Source: Alphaproteobacteria bacterium
GTDB taxonomy: Bacteria; Pseudomonadota; Alphaproteobacteria; SHVV01
Length of the DNA stretch: 64,000 nt
Assembly (NCBI GenBank): GCA_965261735.1
Contig: OZ253470.1
Coordinates: 4,544,001 to 4,608,000, forward strand
Direction of reading: 5' to 3'
This document shows, one piece after another, positions 1-10,176 of the stretch; the stretch's first letter is position 1, and each line of letters opens with the position of its first letter. Below the pieces are notes generated by a model. That model did no database searches, was not told the origin of the DNA, and saw only the letters and a list, made by a program, of their open reading frames with translations. The position numbers were made by a program, and so were the translations under genes.

Positions 1-17
1 TTCATCAGGGGGTGCGG

Positions 18-197
18 CTGGTCCGCCAAGCTGCTCATCGACCGGTACGGCGAGGATGCGCCGATCCACGCCGCCATGCTGGCGGACGAGCTGCTGGAGA
101 AGGGCGATCTAGATGGCCGCACCGTCTGGCTCAGAGTGCTAAGGGCGATCAAGAGCTGCAGCGGATAGAGCCGAAGAGCGATGCCGAAGTGCACTGA
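18..197 (+). pseudogene. small conserved alphaproteobacterial hypothetical protein, frameshifted and 5'-incomplete
   Basis: One frame reads WSAKLLIDRYGEDAPIHAAMLADELLEKGDLDGRTVWLRVLRAIK. A shift near 152 continues ELQRIEPKSDAEVH*. Confidence 0.55.
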
Positions 198-306
198 GGG
201 CTTGCTGGCGGATCGTCTTAGCCGCGAGTAGATTTCGGGGTCGGGCTGACCCTAGACCCACCCGACCTGGCGTGCAGAGCACAAATCAACCGCCGGAGGC
301 AACACG

Positions 307-675
307 ATGACCGATACACCGAACCCGACCGAGGTCGTCGAGGCTTATGTCAAGGCAGTGCGCGCGAGCGACCTCAAGGGCCTGCGCGCCGTGTTAGCGG
401 ACGATGCCGAACTGCTCGGCGTGCCGACGGAGGGGATGGAGAGCGGCCACCTAAAAGGCGCCGACGCCATCGTTGCCTTTTACGACAAGCTGCTCGAAGA
501 CCGTGGCGGCGCCGATCCCCATCCTGGCCCCCTAATGGTGGTCGGCGATCACGTCGCTGTCGAAATCGACGCGCATCACCGCGACTATATTGCGGAGGTC
601 TCCGATTTTTTCACGATCAAAAACGGCAAGATCATCCGCCTCGTGGTCTACGGCCGCCGCAAACGCCCGAAATAG
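307..675 (+). CDS. SnoaL-like / NTF2-family protein
   Basis: 122 aa with the pattern EVVEAYVKAV..DL..L..VLADDA..G.DAI..FY..DFFTIKNGKI; GGAGG RBS upstream. Confidence 0.8.
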   Translation: MTDTPNPTEVVEAYVKAVRASDLKGLRAVLADDAELLGVPTEGMESGHLKGADAIVAFYDKLLEDRGGADPHPGPLMVVGDHVAVEIDAHHRDYIAEVSDFFTIKNGKIIRLVVYGRRKRPK

Positions 676-818
676 GACGACCCAGAACATCTCGCCTTGC
701 CGTCAGCCCGCCCTTCCACTCGGCGTACACTTTCGCCTCGGCGATTCACCCTCGCGCGAGCTTGGAGGCGTACAACATCATCGAAGACGTGGGCAACTGC
801 GCTGAGGTCCAAACAGAG

Positions 819-1695
819 ATGCCGATCATAGCTGACCCGTGCGACCTCACACTCAAGGGTCGGGTTTGCCTGGTCACCGGGGCGACCAATGGGATTGGGC
901 GGGCGACGGCCACGGCGCTGGCGTCCAAAGGGGCGAGCCTGCTCGTGCACGGGCGCGACCGGCACAAGGCCGAAGCGACGGTGCGCGACATCGTTGAGGC
1001 CACGGGCAACCACGCCGTCGAGCCGATCGTCGCCGATTTCTCCGAACTCGACCAAGTGCGCGGCATGGCCGCCGAGTTCCGCGCCCACCACAAGTGCTTG
1101 CACCTACTGCTCAACAACGCGGGGCTTCTCGCGTTCGACCGCCGCACGACGGCTTCGAGGCCCATTTCGGCGTCAACCACCTGGCGCCGTTCCTGTTGAC
1201 GAACCTTCTGCTCGATACGCTCAAGAGCAGCGCGCCGGCGCGTATCGTCACGGTGGCCTCGGCCGTTCACAACCGCGGCCGCATCGACTTCAACGATCTG
1301 CAAGCCGGGCCGCGATATAGCGGTGTCGGCGCCTACGCAACCTCGAAGCTCGCCAACATCCTGTTCACGACCGAGCTCGCGCGCCGGCTGGACGGCACCG
1401 GCGTCACCGCCAACGTTCTGCATCCCGGGGGGGGGGGGGGGTGGCGACCGGCCTCGGCGGCGACGGCACCGGACTCATGGCGCTAGGCTGGCGATTCGCC
1501 AAGTATTTCATGATCAACCCCGAGAAGGGCGCACGCACCTCGATCTACCTTGCCGAATCGTCCGACGTCGAGGGCATCAGCGGGCGATACTTCCACAACT
1601 GCCGCGACGCCCCGACCGCCGCGGCGGCCCGGAACGCGTACACCGAAGCGCGGCTGTGGAAGGTGAGCGCGGGTCTCGCCGGACTAGAAGGTTGA
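819..1695 (+). pseudogene. SDR oxidoreductase (retinol dehydrogenase-like), two frameshifts
   Basis: TGATNGIG, NNAG, FGVNHL, YATSK and HPG motifs lie in three frames. Shifts occur near 1150 and at the G15 run 1427-1441. Confidence 0.85.
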
Positions 1696-1710
1696 GCCGC
1701 GTTGCCGCTT

Positions 1711-1788
1711 GAGGGTCGGCTCTCGGAGGTAGAGCGGTCGTACCGGCGACTTGGTCCGAACTTCGCCTCCTAGCCAAATGCGGACGTT
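1711..1788. repeat. partial copy of a dispersed intergenic repeat (second copy in 3861-4040)
   Basis: cgtaccggcgac(t/c)tg-gtccgaacttcgcctcctagcca-a-gcggac is shared with about 3992-4037. Confidence 0.7.
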
Positions 1789-1971
1789 AGGCGCACTCAT
1801 TTCGAGCTGCCGCCCCGCTCGGCATGAGCTGATCGGGACGAGCAGGCCCACCGCGACGCGCGCCATCAAGACGCTCTGGTGAACGAATCCGATGGTCGGT
1901 GAAAAATCAGGTACTGTCGGAGTCGATTTGACGGTTATCTGGGAAATGTCAGGCGAAAAGGACTCGAACAG

Positions 1972-2289
1972 GTGAAGATAATTCAGGAGTGGAGGCCGCG
2001 CATAATCTTCCTGGTGATTGGCTTGGTGGTGGGGCCATTCATCTCCAGCTGGATCGGCTGGCAAGTCACTACCAGGACGATGGAGAGTGCAATCAGCGAT
2101 GCGGTCGTTTCCTATCGAGCAGGGCTCTGCGCGGAGCGGGCTCGATCGGATCCGGAGGCGACATCCGACGTGCTCAACAATTTCGGTGATCGGCGCAAAC
2201 TTGCCGAGCAGTGGGCGGTCCTGCCCGGTGAGGAGGAAGCCGACAATGACGTGGTCAACGAGTGCAACTCGCTGCTCGCAAAAACATAG
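1972..2289 (+). CDS. hypothetical membrane-anchored protein
   Basis: 105 aa with an N-terminal hydrophobic helix and two Cys; GTG start. Confidence 0.65.
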   Translation: MKIIQEWRPRIIFLVIGLVVGPFISSWIGWQVTTRTMESAISDAVVSYRAGLCAERARSDPEATSDVLNNFGDRRKLAEQWAVLPGEEEADNDVVNECNSLLAKT

Positions 2290-2385
2290 TCCTGACGGTG
2301 GAGGCTCCTTACTCGCCATTTTCGAGCGGTGGCTTCGACAGGGCTTGCGCCCGGTTGAACTAGGCTAGTTATCGACTGTCAGTCG

Positions 2386-3818
2386 GATCGTGTCCCGCGG
2401 AGTGGTGTAAGAGCGTTGCGCTCTACGCGGCTCCCGGCGGGTAGGGCCGGGACGTTCAGGCTGCCACGGTGGGCAGCGTGATGGGGACACCATCGCTCAG
2501 CGGAGCGATGGATTCCAGCGTCATGTATCTCCTTGAGACGGCCCACTCGTCGTTCTGCTCGAGAAGGATGGCGCCGACGAGCCGTGTGATGGCGGCTTCG
2601 TTGGGAAAGATACCGACGACGTTGGTGCGACGCTTGACCTCGGCATGGAGCCGTTCGATCGGGTTTGTGGAGTGCAATTTCTGGCGGTGCTCCCTGGGGA
2701 AGCTCATGTAGGCGAGGACGTCGTGCTCGGCTTCGTCCATGAGAACTGCCAGCTTGGGCACCTTGGGCCTGAGCTGGTCGGCGACCTGGCGCCACTGGAC
2801 CTTCGCGCTGTCGGCGTCCTCCTGGGCGAAGGCGGAGACGACGCGCCGGCCCTGGCGGCCGGCATGGGCCAGCAGGTTGCGGGCGAAGTGCACGCGGCAG
2901 CGCTGCCATGTGGCGCCGAGGATCCGGGTCGCGGCGGCCTTCAGGCCCTTGTGGTCGTCGGAGATCACCAGCTTCACGCCGCGCAGCCCGCGCCGGGCCA
3001 GCGAGCGCAGGAACTCGGTCCAGAAGGTCTCGGCCTCCGACGCGCCGATCGCCACGCCCAGGACCTCGCGGCGGCCTTGGTCGTTGACGGCCACAGCCAC
3101 GGTCACCGCGACCGAGACGATGCGTCCGGTCTGGCGCACCTTCACGTAGGTGGCGTCGAGCCACAGATAGGGTCAGTCGCCCTCCAGCGGTCGATCGAGG
3201 AAGCCGGTGACCTTATCGTCGATCTCGCCGCACAGCCTGGAGACCTGGCTCTTGGAGGCGCCCGACATCCCCATCGCCTGAACCAGATCGTCGACCGAGC
3301 GGGTCGACACCCCCTGGATGTAGGCCTCCTGGATCACCGCAGCCAGCGCCTTCTCGGCCATCCGCCGCGGCTCCAGGAAGCCGGGAAGTAGCTTCCCTTC
3401 CTCAGCTTCGGGATCTTCAGCTCGACCGTGCCGGCCCGCGTCTCCCAGGACCGGTCGCGGTAGCCGTTGCGATGGGTGATACGATCCGCCGAGCGCTCGC
3501 CGTGCCCGGCGCCGGTCAGGCCCTCAACCTCCAGTGCCATCAGCCACTCGGCCGTGAAGCCGATCATCTCGCAAAGCAGATCGGCATCGGAGCTCTTCTC
3601 CAAAAGCGCGCGCAGGGTCATCATGTCCTGGGTCATCGTGGTTCTCCTTCGGGTCAGGTTGGTTTGCACTAGCCCAACCCTAAACCGGAACCGCGATGGC
3701 CTCCGCTGTGGATAGCCGGCTTGCCTACGCCAGACTCTCGGCGGTCGCTACGGCAAGCCGCCTACCCACAGCTAACAGAGGCTCCAACAACTCCTACACC
3801 ACGTCCTGGGACACGACC
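2386..3818 (-). mobile_element. IS256-family element, copy 1, with inactivated transposase
   Basis: Ends GGTCGTGTCCCAGGACGTGGTGTAGGAG and GATCGTGTCCCGCGGAGTGGTGTAAGAG. Near-identical to 5153-6601. Flanked by a direct repeat at 2365-2385 and 3819-3839. Confidence 0.93.
2456..3636 (-). pseudogene. IS256 transposase pseudogene
   Basis: Relative to copy 2 it has a 1-nt deletion near 3385, TGG>TGA at 3173-3175, and an in-frame loss of VATAF. Confidence 0.9.
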
Positions 3819-3860
3819 CTAGTTATCGACTGTCAGTCGCCCCCATCGGTGCCAGCCGGA

Positions 3861-4040
3861 CGTCCGCTTTGGGTCACGAGCTGCCTTACACCGAGGGCGC
3901 CTGCCACGTCTGGATCTTTGGGTGAAGCGGACGGAAACGCCGCGAAAGCAGAAGTCGGCGTTAGAGAGTCAGCAGTTGAGGGTGGACCGGACGTACCGGC
4001 GACCTGTCCGAACTTCGCCTCCTAGCCAGAAGCGGACATT
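3861..4040. repeat. REP/MITE-like structured intergenic repeat
   Basis: Starts gtccgctt and ends aagcggac (inverted), with internal recurrences of (a)gcggac/ccggac. Partial copy at 1711-1788. Confidence 0.6.
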
Positions 4041-4211
4041 CGTCGGCGCCTTGGAGGCCGCTCACTAAAATCAGGCCATCTGATGGCTGCGGAAGAGATG
4101 CAGTTCCTTGACGGAGGACTACTGGTACGATTTCCACGAATCTGGATGTCATCTGGGGATGTCAGCTAATATCCAGTTCGCGGCGCGGCGGGGTGTGCAG
4201 GTAACGCAATC

Positions 4212-4991
4212 ATGTGCTGGAGCGGTGAAGCGTCGGCGGTGGTGGCCGCGGTCGGCTTCGCATCGACGGGGTATGCGGCATGGCGGAGAGAGCCGGCGCC
4301 TCTGTGGGCGGCGCTTGGCTATTTTTCACTCATGGAGGCGTTGCAGGCCTATTCCTATACGGTCATTGACGACTGTTCGAACCCGGCAAACCAGGTCGCG
4401 ACCCTCCTCGGCTATATACACATTGTGTTCCAACCGTTTTTTGCAAATGCGATGGCTCTGTATTTCGTCCCGGCGGCGATCCGGCAGCGTGTCGCCGTGC
4501 CGGTCTACGCCCTTTGTTTTTGTTCGACAGTTTTCATGCTGCTTTATGTGTATCCATTCGACTGGGCGGGCACCTGCGAGCTACAACGTACCCTATGCGC
4601 TGAGCAACTCTGCTCAGTGTCCGGAAACTGGCATATCGCTTGGAACATTCCCCTCAACGGGATCGGCAACTACTTTTTGACTTTGCCTATCTTCCTCCAA
4701 TCCAGCTTCTTGCCCTATCTCTTTACAATGTTTGCTTTGCCCGTGATCTACGGCTCATGGCGGATTCCACTGTATCACGTCATAATGGGGCCGGCCTTTG
4801 CCGCGATGTTGACGGACAACAAGAATGAATTGCCGGCCGTCTGGTGTTTGCTGACGATCGGCTTTCTTCTCATTGCCATCAAGACACCGGTGCGTGGCTA
4901 TCTCCACGTCCGCCATTGGCCGCTCTGGCCAATGGCGTGGGCAGCAGCGGCCGCTGCACCAGCCCAACCTGAATTGGCCAAGCCCCGTTGA
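4212..4991 (+). CDS. multi-pass membrane protein, DUF5765-like
   Basis: MCWSGEAS start, FSLMEALQ, HIVFQPFF and AVWCL motifs, several TM helices; lower GC than its flanks. Confidence 0.8.
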   Translation: MCWSGEASAVVAAVGFASTGYAAWRREPAPLWAALGYFSLMEALQAYSYTVIDDCSNPANQVATLLGYIHIVFQPFFANAMALYFVPAAIRQRVAVPVYALCFCSTVFMLLYVYPFDWAGTCELQRTLCAEQLCSVSGNWHIAWNIPLNGIGNYFLTLPIFLQSSFLPYLFTMFALPVIYGSWRIPLYHVIMGPAFAAMLTDNKNELPAVWCLLTIGFLLIAIKTPVRGYLHVRHWPLWPMAWAAAAAAPAQPELAKPR

Positions 4992-5152
4992 TCCGCCATA
5001 TCAATGAGCGGAGTATACCCGGACGCAACGTTGTCATTTATCCTTGCGTACTTGCGAGTGCTATCGGGCTTTACGAGTTAATATATTACGAACGATCGGC
5101 CCAGCGCTCACTGATACAGATCGATTTCCCAACATGTGCGCTCGTCGCGGTC

Positions 5153-6601
5153 GGTCGTGTCCCAGGACGTGGTGTAGGAGTTGTTGGAGCCTCTGGTAGC
5201 TGTGGGTAGGCGGCTTGCCGTAGCGACCGCCGAGAGTCTGGCGTAGGCAAGCCGGCTATCCACAGCGGAGGCCATCGCGGTTCCGGTTTAGGGTTGGGCT
5301 AGTGCAAACCAACCTAACCCGAAGGAGAACCACGATGACCCAGGACATGATGACCCTGCGCGCGCTTTTGGAGAAGAGCTCCGATGCCGATCTGCTTTGC
5401 GAGATGATCGGCTTCACGGCCGAGCGGCTGATGGCACTGGAGGTTGAGGGCCTGACCGGCGCCGGGCACGGCGAGCGCTCGGCGGATCGTATCACCCATC
5501 GCAACGGCTACCGCGACCGGTCCTGGGAGACGCGGGCCGGCACGGTCGAGCTGAAGATCCCGAAGCTGAGGAAGGGGAGCTACTTCCCGGGCTTCCTGGA
5601 GCCGCGGCGGATGGCCGAGAAGGCGCTGGCTGCGGTGATCCAGGAGGCCTACATCCAGGGCGTGTCGACCCGCTCGGTCGACGACCTGGTGCAGGCCATG
5701 GGCATGTCGGGCGTCTCCAAGAGCCAGGTCTCCAGGCTGTGCGGCGAGATCGACGATAAGGTCAACGGCTTCCTCGATCGATCGCTGGAGGGCGACTGGC
5801 CCTATCTGTGGCTCGACGCAACCTATGTGAAGGTGCGCGAGGCCGGGCGCATCGTCTCGGTCGCGGTGACCGTGGCTGTGGCCGTCAACGACCAGGGCCG
5901 CCGCGAGGTCCTGGGCATGGCGATCGGCGCGTCTGAGGCCGAGGCCTTCTGGACCGAGTTCCTGCGCTCGCTGGCCCGGCGCGGGCTGCGTGGCGTGAAG
6001 CTGTTGATCTCCGACGACCACAAGGGTCTGAAGGCCGCCGCGACCCGGATCCTCGGCGCCACCTGGCAAAGATGCCGCGTGCACTTCGCCCGCAACCTGC
6101 TGGCCCATGCCGGCCGCCAGGGCCGGCGCGTCGTCTCCGCCTTCGTCGCCACCGCCTTCGCCCAGGAGGACGCCGACAGCGCGAAGGCCCAGTGGCGTCA
6201 GGTCGCCGACCAGCTCAGGCCCAAGGTGCCCAAGCTGGCAGTTCTCATGGACGAAGCCGAGCACGACGTCCTCGCCTACATGACTTTCCCCAAGGAGCAC
6301 CGCCAGAAATTGCACTCCACAAACCCGATCGAACGGCTCCATGCCGAGGTCAAGCGCCGCACCAACGTCGTCGGCATCTTTCCCAACGAAGCCGCCATCA
6401 CACGGCTCGTCGGCGCCATCCTTCTCGAGCAGAACGACGAGTGGGCCGTCTCAAGGAGATACATGACGCTGGAATCCATCGCTCCGCTGAGCGATGGTGT
6501 CCCCATCACGCTGCCCACCGTGGCAGCCTGAACGTCCCGGCCCTACCCGCCGGGAGCCGCGTAGAGCGCAACGCTCTTACACCACTCCGCGGGACACGAT
6601 C
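5153..6601 (+). mobile_element. IS256-family element, copy 2 (intact)
   Basis: Same terminal IRs as copy 1 and a full transposase ORF. No flanking direct repeat is visible. Confidence 0.93.
5335..6531 (+). CDS. IS256 (Mutator-type) DDE transposase
   Basis: [39 protein letters not shown] and STNPIERL motifs. Confidence 0.95.
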   Translation: MTQDMMTLRALLEKSSDADLLCEMIGFTAERLMALEVEGLTGAGHGERSADRITHRNGYRDRSWETRAGTVELKIPKLRKGSYFPGFLEPRRMAEKALAAVIQEAYIQGVSTRSVDDLVQAMGMSGVSKSQVSRLCGEIDDKVNGFLDRSLEGDWPYLWLDATYVKVREAGRIVSVAVTVAVAVNDQGRREVLGMAIGASEAEAFWTEFLRSLARRGLRGVKLLISDDHKGLKAAATRILGATWQRCRVHFARNLLAHAGRQGRRVVSAFVATAFAQEDADSAKAQWRQVADQLRPKVPKLAVLMDEAEHDVLAYMTFPKEHRQKLHSTNPIERLHAEVKRRTNVVGIFPNEAAITRLVGAILLEQNDEWAVSRRYMTLESIAPLSDGVPITLPTVAA

Positions 6602-6611
6602 CGTCTGCTTT

Positions 6612-7658
6612 TAGGGGAGCGCGCCATGGATGTTCTCGACCGCGCCGATCTCCCATTCCCGCATTCGCTACCCGAGTTCCAGCGACTTTTCCCCGATGAT
6701 GCGGCCTGCGCCGCCTACCTGGAGAAAGCCCGCTGGGGAGACGGCTTTGCCTGCCCGCACTGCGGCACGGCGGGAGAGCCGTTCCACTTTGAAAACCGCC
6801 CTGGCGTCCTGCGCTGCCGCAAGTGCCGCCAGAACACCGGGCTGACGGTGGGAACAGTGATGGAGCGTAGCCACACTCCGCTGAACGTCTGGTTCTGGGC
6901 CGCTTATCTGGTCGCCAGTCAGACGCCCGGCATGTCCGCCGTGCAGTTTCAGCGGCAACTTGGTCTTTCGCGCTACGAGACGGCCTTTCAAATTCTCCAC
7001 AAGCTCCGCTCGGGCATGGTGCGGCCCAACCAAGACAGGATCGGTGGACAGCCCAAGAACCATGTTGAGGTGGACGAAACCTGGGTTGGCGGGCGAACGC
7101 GTGGGGAAGGCCGTGGTGTTCACCACAAGGTTCCCGTCTCCTGTGCCATCGAGGTGCGTCATCGAAAGCCGGGCACCAAGCTCGACAACCGGAAAGACGG
7201 ACGCTATGCCGGACGCGTTCGGCTCGCCGTCGTGCTCGACCGTAGCGCCGAGTCGCTCTGTGGGTTCGTCGAGAGCACCGTCGCGCCGCGATCGCTGATC
7301 GTTACTGACGATTGGAGCGGCTACGCTGGCCTCGGTAAGCGCGGCTATGAGCACTTCGCTGTTGCCGAGTGTGGTGATCCAGAGGTTGCCGAGCAATACC
7401 TGCCGATCATCCATCTGGTTTTCGCCAACCTGAAGACGTGGCTGATCGGTATCCACCACGGCGTTAGCCACCAGCACCTACAAGCCTACCTCAACGAGTT
7501 CACCTTCCGCTTCAACAGGCGGTTCTACCCGTTCAACGCCTTCCGCTCATTGCTCGGCATCGCGGGCGACACCTCTGCTCCAACCTATGCCGAGCTTTAC
7601 TCGGGAGAGTGGTGGCACCCTACATGTAGCGGTCATGGGCGTTAACCGGATAGGCAAG
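6612..7658 (+). mobile_element. IS1595-family element, left end truncated
   Basis: Matches 40639-41743 from TAGGGGAGCGCGCCATG onward. Right IR (..TTAACCGGATAGGCAAG) is present; left IR and promoter are absent. Confidence 0.9.
6626..7645 (+). CDS. IS1595 transposase
   Basis: Zn ribbon CPHC..CRKC, VEVDETWVGG, TDDWSGY and YLNEFTFRFNRR motifs. Confidence 0.93.
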   Translation: MDVLDRADLPFPHSLPEFQRLFPDDAACAAYLEKARWGDGFACPHCGTAGEPFHFENRPGVLRCRKCRQNTGLTVGTVMERSHTPLNVWFWAAYLVASQTPGMSAVQFQRQLGLSRYETAFQILHKLRSGMVRPNQDRIGGQPKNHVEVDETWVGGRTRGEGRGVHHKVPVSCAIEVRHRKPGTKLDNRKDGRYAGRVRLAVVLDRSAESLCGFVESTVAPRSLIVTDDWSGYAGLGKRGYEHFAVAECGDPEVAEQYLPIIHLVFANLKTWLIGIHHGVSHQHLQAYLNEFTFRFNRRFYPFNAFRSLLGIAGDTSAPTYAELYSGEWWHPTCSGHGR

Positions 7659-7685
7659 GATTAATCACCTGAAACGCATTGTACC

Positions 7686-8636
7686 CTATCCCGTGAAGTC
7701 GAGGCCCATTTCGCGGTAGCGTTCGGGGTCATCGGGCCACTTCTCGCGCACCTTGACGAACAGGAAGAGGTGGACCCTGCGCTCCAGCGCCTCCTCGAGC
7801 TCGGCCCGCGCGGCGGCGCCGATGGCCTTGATCTGGTGGCCGCCCTTGCCGAGCACGATCGCCTTTTGGCTCGGCCGCTGAACGTAGACGACCTGGTCGA
7901 TGCGCACGGCGCCGCCCTTCTGCTCGTCCCATGCCTCGGTCTCTACGGTGGCGGCATAGGGCAGCTCCTGGTGGAGTTGGAGGTAGAGCTTCTCGCGCGT
8001 GATCTCGGCTGCCAGCAGGCGCAGCGAGATGTCGGCGACCTGATCCTCGGGGTAGAGCCAGGGGCCCTCCGGCACCCGGCCCGCGAGGAACGCGGCGAGG
8101 TCGCCGACGCCGTCGCCGGTCAGCGCCGAGATCATGAAGGTGTCGGTATACAGGCGCTCGCGGTCGAGCGATTCGGCGAGCCCCAGCAACGAGGGGCGCT
8201 TCACGGCGTCGATCTTGTTGAGCGCGAGCACCGCCTTGCTGCCCGAGTCACGCAGCGCATCGACGATGCGGCGGCTGTTCTCGTCGACCTGGCCGCGATG
8301 CGTCGCGGCGGCATCGACCAGGTGAACCACGAGATCGGCGCTATGGGCGCCGGCCCAGGCCGCCGCCACCATCGCCCGGTCGAGCTGCCGGCGCGGCAGA
8401 AAGATGCCGGGCGTGTCGACGAAGATGAGCTGCGCCGGACCGTGCAACGCGATGCCGATAATGCGGGCCCGCGTGGTTTGCACCTTGGGCGTCACGATCG
8501 CGACCTTGCTGCCGACGAGGATGTTGAGCAGGGTCGACTTGCCGACGTTGGGCGCACCGATGAGCGCGACGAAGCCGCAGCGCGAGGGCTCCGCGGTATC
8601 CGCGTTGCCACCCATGGGCCGGTCGGGCTCAGTCAT
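7686..8636 (-). CDS. era: GTPase Era
   Basis: GAPNVGKS, QTTR, DTPG, NKID and a KH domain; follows rnc. Confidence 0.97.
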   Translation of the reverse strand: MTEPDRPMGGNADTAEPSRCGFVALIGAPNVGKSTLLNILVGSKVAIVTPKVQTTRARIIGIALHGPAQLIFVDTPGIFLPRRQLDRAMVAAAWAGAHSADLVVHLVDAAATHRGQVDENSRRIVDALRDSGSKAVLALNKIDAVKRPSLLGLAESLDRERLYTDTFMISALTGDGVGDLAAFLAGRVPEGPWLYPEDQVADISLRLLAAEITREKLYLQLHQELPYAATVETEAWDEQKGGAVRIDQVVYVQRPSQKAIVLGKGGHQIKAIGAAARAELEEALERRVHLFLFVKVREKWPDDPERYREMGLDFTG

Positions 8637-9333
8637 CCGCGCCCTCCCGCTCGCCGTGCGTGGAAAGCAGCGCCGCGGCAGCCGCCTGCTCGGCCTCGCG
8701 CTTGGAACGGCCCGTGGCGGCGGCGGGAAGGCCGCCCTCGAGGGCCACTTCGACGGTAAAGAGGGGGCGGTGGGGCGGCCCCTCGCGGGCCACAATGCTG
8801 TACGCCGGCGGCGCGCGGCCGTGCGCCTGGGCCCACTCCTGGAGCTGCGTCTTGGCGTCGGTCGGGGGCGTCGTCAGGCCCTCGGCCAGCGGCCGCCAGT
8901 AGCGCTCGATGAAGGCGCGCGCCGCCGCGAGCCCGCCGTCGTGGTACAGCGCCGCGATCACCGCCTCGCAGGCGTCGGCGAGGATGGCCGGGTTTTCCGC
9001 CCCGCCGGCGGCACGCTCGCTCGGCGCCAGCCGCAGGAACGTGCCGAGACCTATGTCGCGCGCGATACCGGCGAGGGCCTCGCGCCGCACCAGCGCGTTG
9101 TAGCGTGGCGCAAGCGCACCGGCCTCGGCGTCGGGAAAGTGCTCGAACAGGAGATCGGCGATGACCAACCCTAGAACCCGGTCACCGAGGAATTCGAGGC
9201 GCTGGTAATCGGCAACGGGTCGCCCCCCGCGTTTCGCGGCGCTCGGGTGAACGAGCGCCTGAGCCAGCCATTCGGGCCGCGCAAAACGGTGGCCCAGGAT
9301 ATCCGCGAGGGGCTCGATCTTGCGGCTCTGCAT
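8629..9333 (-). CDS. rnc: ribonuclease III
   Basis: QRLEFLGDRVLGL signature and dsRBD (DAKTQLQEW). Confidence 0.97.
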   Translation of the reverse strand: MQSRKIEPLADILGHRFARPEWLAQALVHPSAAKRGGRPVADYQRLEFLGDRVLGLVIADLLFEHFPDAEAGALAPRYNALVRREALAGIARDIGLGTFLRLAPSERAAGGAENPAILADACEAVIAALYHDGGLAAARAFIERYWRPLAEGLTTPPTDAKTQLQEWAQAHGRAPPAYSIVAREGPPHRPLFTVEVALEGGLPAAATGRSKREAEQAAAAALLSTHGEREGADD

Positions 9334-9341
9334 GTCCGACG

Positions 9342-10100
9342 TCAGCCGGAGACGCCGCGGAACAGGCGTGCATAGCGGATCGCGAACGGCCAATCCCATA
9401 CCGCCCACCAGGCGGGTCCCCGACGTTTCGAGAAGAACAGGAACTCGGCCCGGCCCACGAGATTCTCGGCCGGCACCATGCCGACGCCGCCGCGGCGCGC
9501 GCTGACGCGACTGTCCATCGAATTGTCACGGTTGTCGCCCATGGCGAAATAGAAGCCCGGCGGGACCGTGAAGATGTCCGTGTCGTCGAACTCGCCGCCC
9601 GTCCTCAGATCGAGCGTTCGGTGCGCCCGGCCGCCGGGGAGCGTCTCGCGGTATTGGGTGGTGCGCAGGGCGCGGGCGCCGGGACCGGGATGAACAAAGT
9701 CGTCGATCCGGCTGCGCATCGTGGCCTCGTCGTTAACGTGGAGCACGCCACCGCGCATCTGTATGCGGTCGCCGGGCAGGCCGACGATGCGCTTGATGTA
9801 GTCGGTCGAATTGTCGCTCGGCGTCTTGAACACGGCGACATCGCCGCGCTTGGGATCGCGCGCGAAGATGCGCCCGCGAAACAGGGACGGGCTGAAGGGC
9901 AACGAATGACGGCTGTAGCCATAGGAGAATTTGGAGACGAACAGATAGTCGCCGACCAGCAGCGTCGGCAGCATCGACTCGGAGGGGATATTGAAGGGCT
10001 CGTAGGCGAATGTGCGGATGACGACGGCGATGGCGACGGCATAGACGACCGTTCGCACCGTCTCGCCGAGACCGCCCTTCTTGCGCTCGCGCCTGCTCAC
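9342..10100 (-). CDS. lepB: signal peptidase I (start uncertain)
   Basis: IPSESMLPTL, YIKRIVGLPGD and GDNRDNSMDSR motifs. Confidence 0.95.
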   Translation of the reverse strand: MSRRERKKGGLGETVRTVVYAVAIAVVIRTFAYEPFNIPSESMLPTLLVGDYLFVSKFSYGYSRHSLPFSPSLFRGRIFARDPKRGDVAVFKTPSDNSTDYIKRIVGLPGDRIQMRGGVLHVNDEATMRSRIDDFVHPGPGARALRTTQYRETLPGGRAHRTLDLRTGGEFDDTDIFTVPPGFYFAMGDNRDNSMDSRVSARRGGVGMVPAENLVGRAEFLFFSKRRGPAWWAVWDWPFAIRYARLFRGVSG

Positions 10101-10176
10101 GGGTGGGCTCGGCCGATCGGGGCTGCCTCGGCCCGCCGCGCCCGCCGCGCCCTCGCAAGCGATGTTGACGACGAGC

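Noticed and set aside
3173-3175. In-frame TGA in IS256 copy 1 as selenocysteine
   Set aside because: The intact copy has TGG (Trp) here and the gene has other lesions; it is a nonsense mutation.
2386-6601. Composite transposon of two IS256 copies inserted as one unit
   Set aside because: Copy 1 has its own flanking direct repeat and the outer ends share none, so the insertions were independent.
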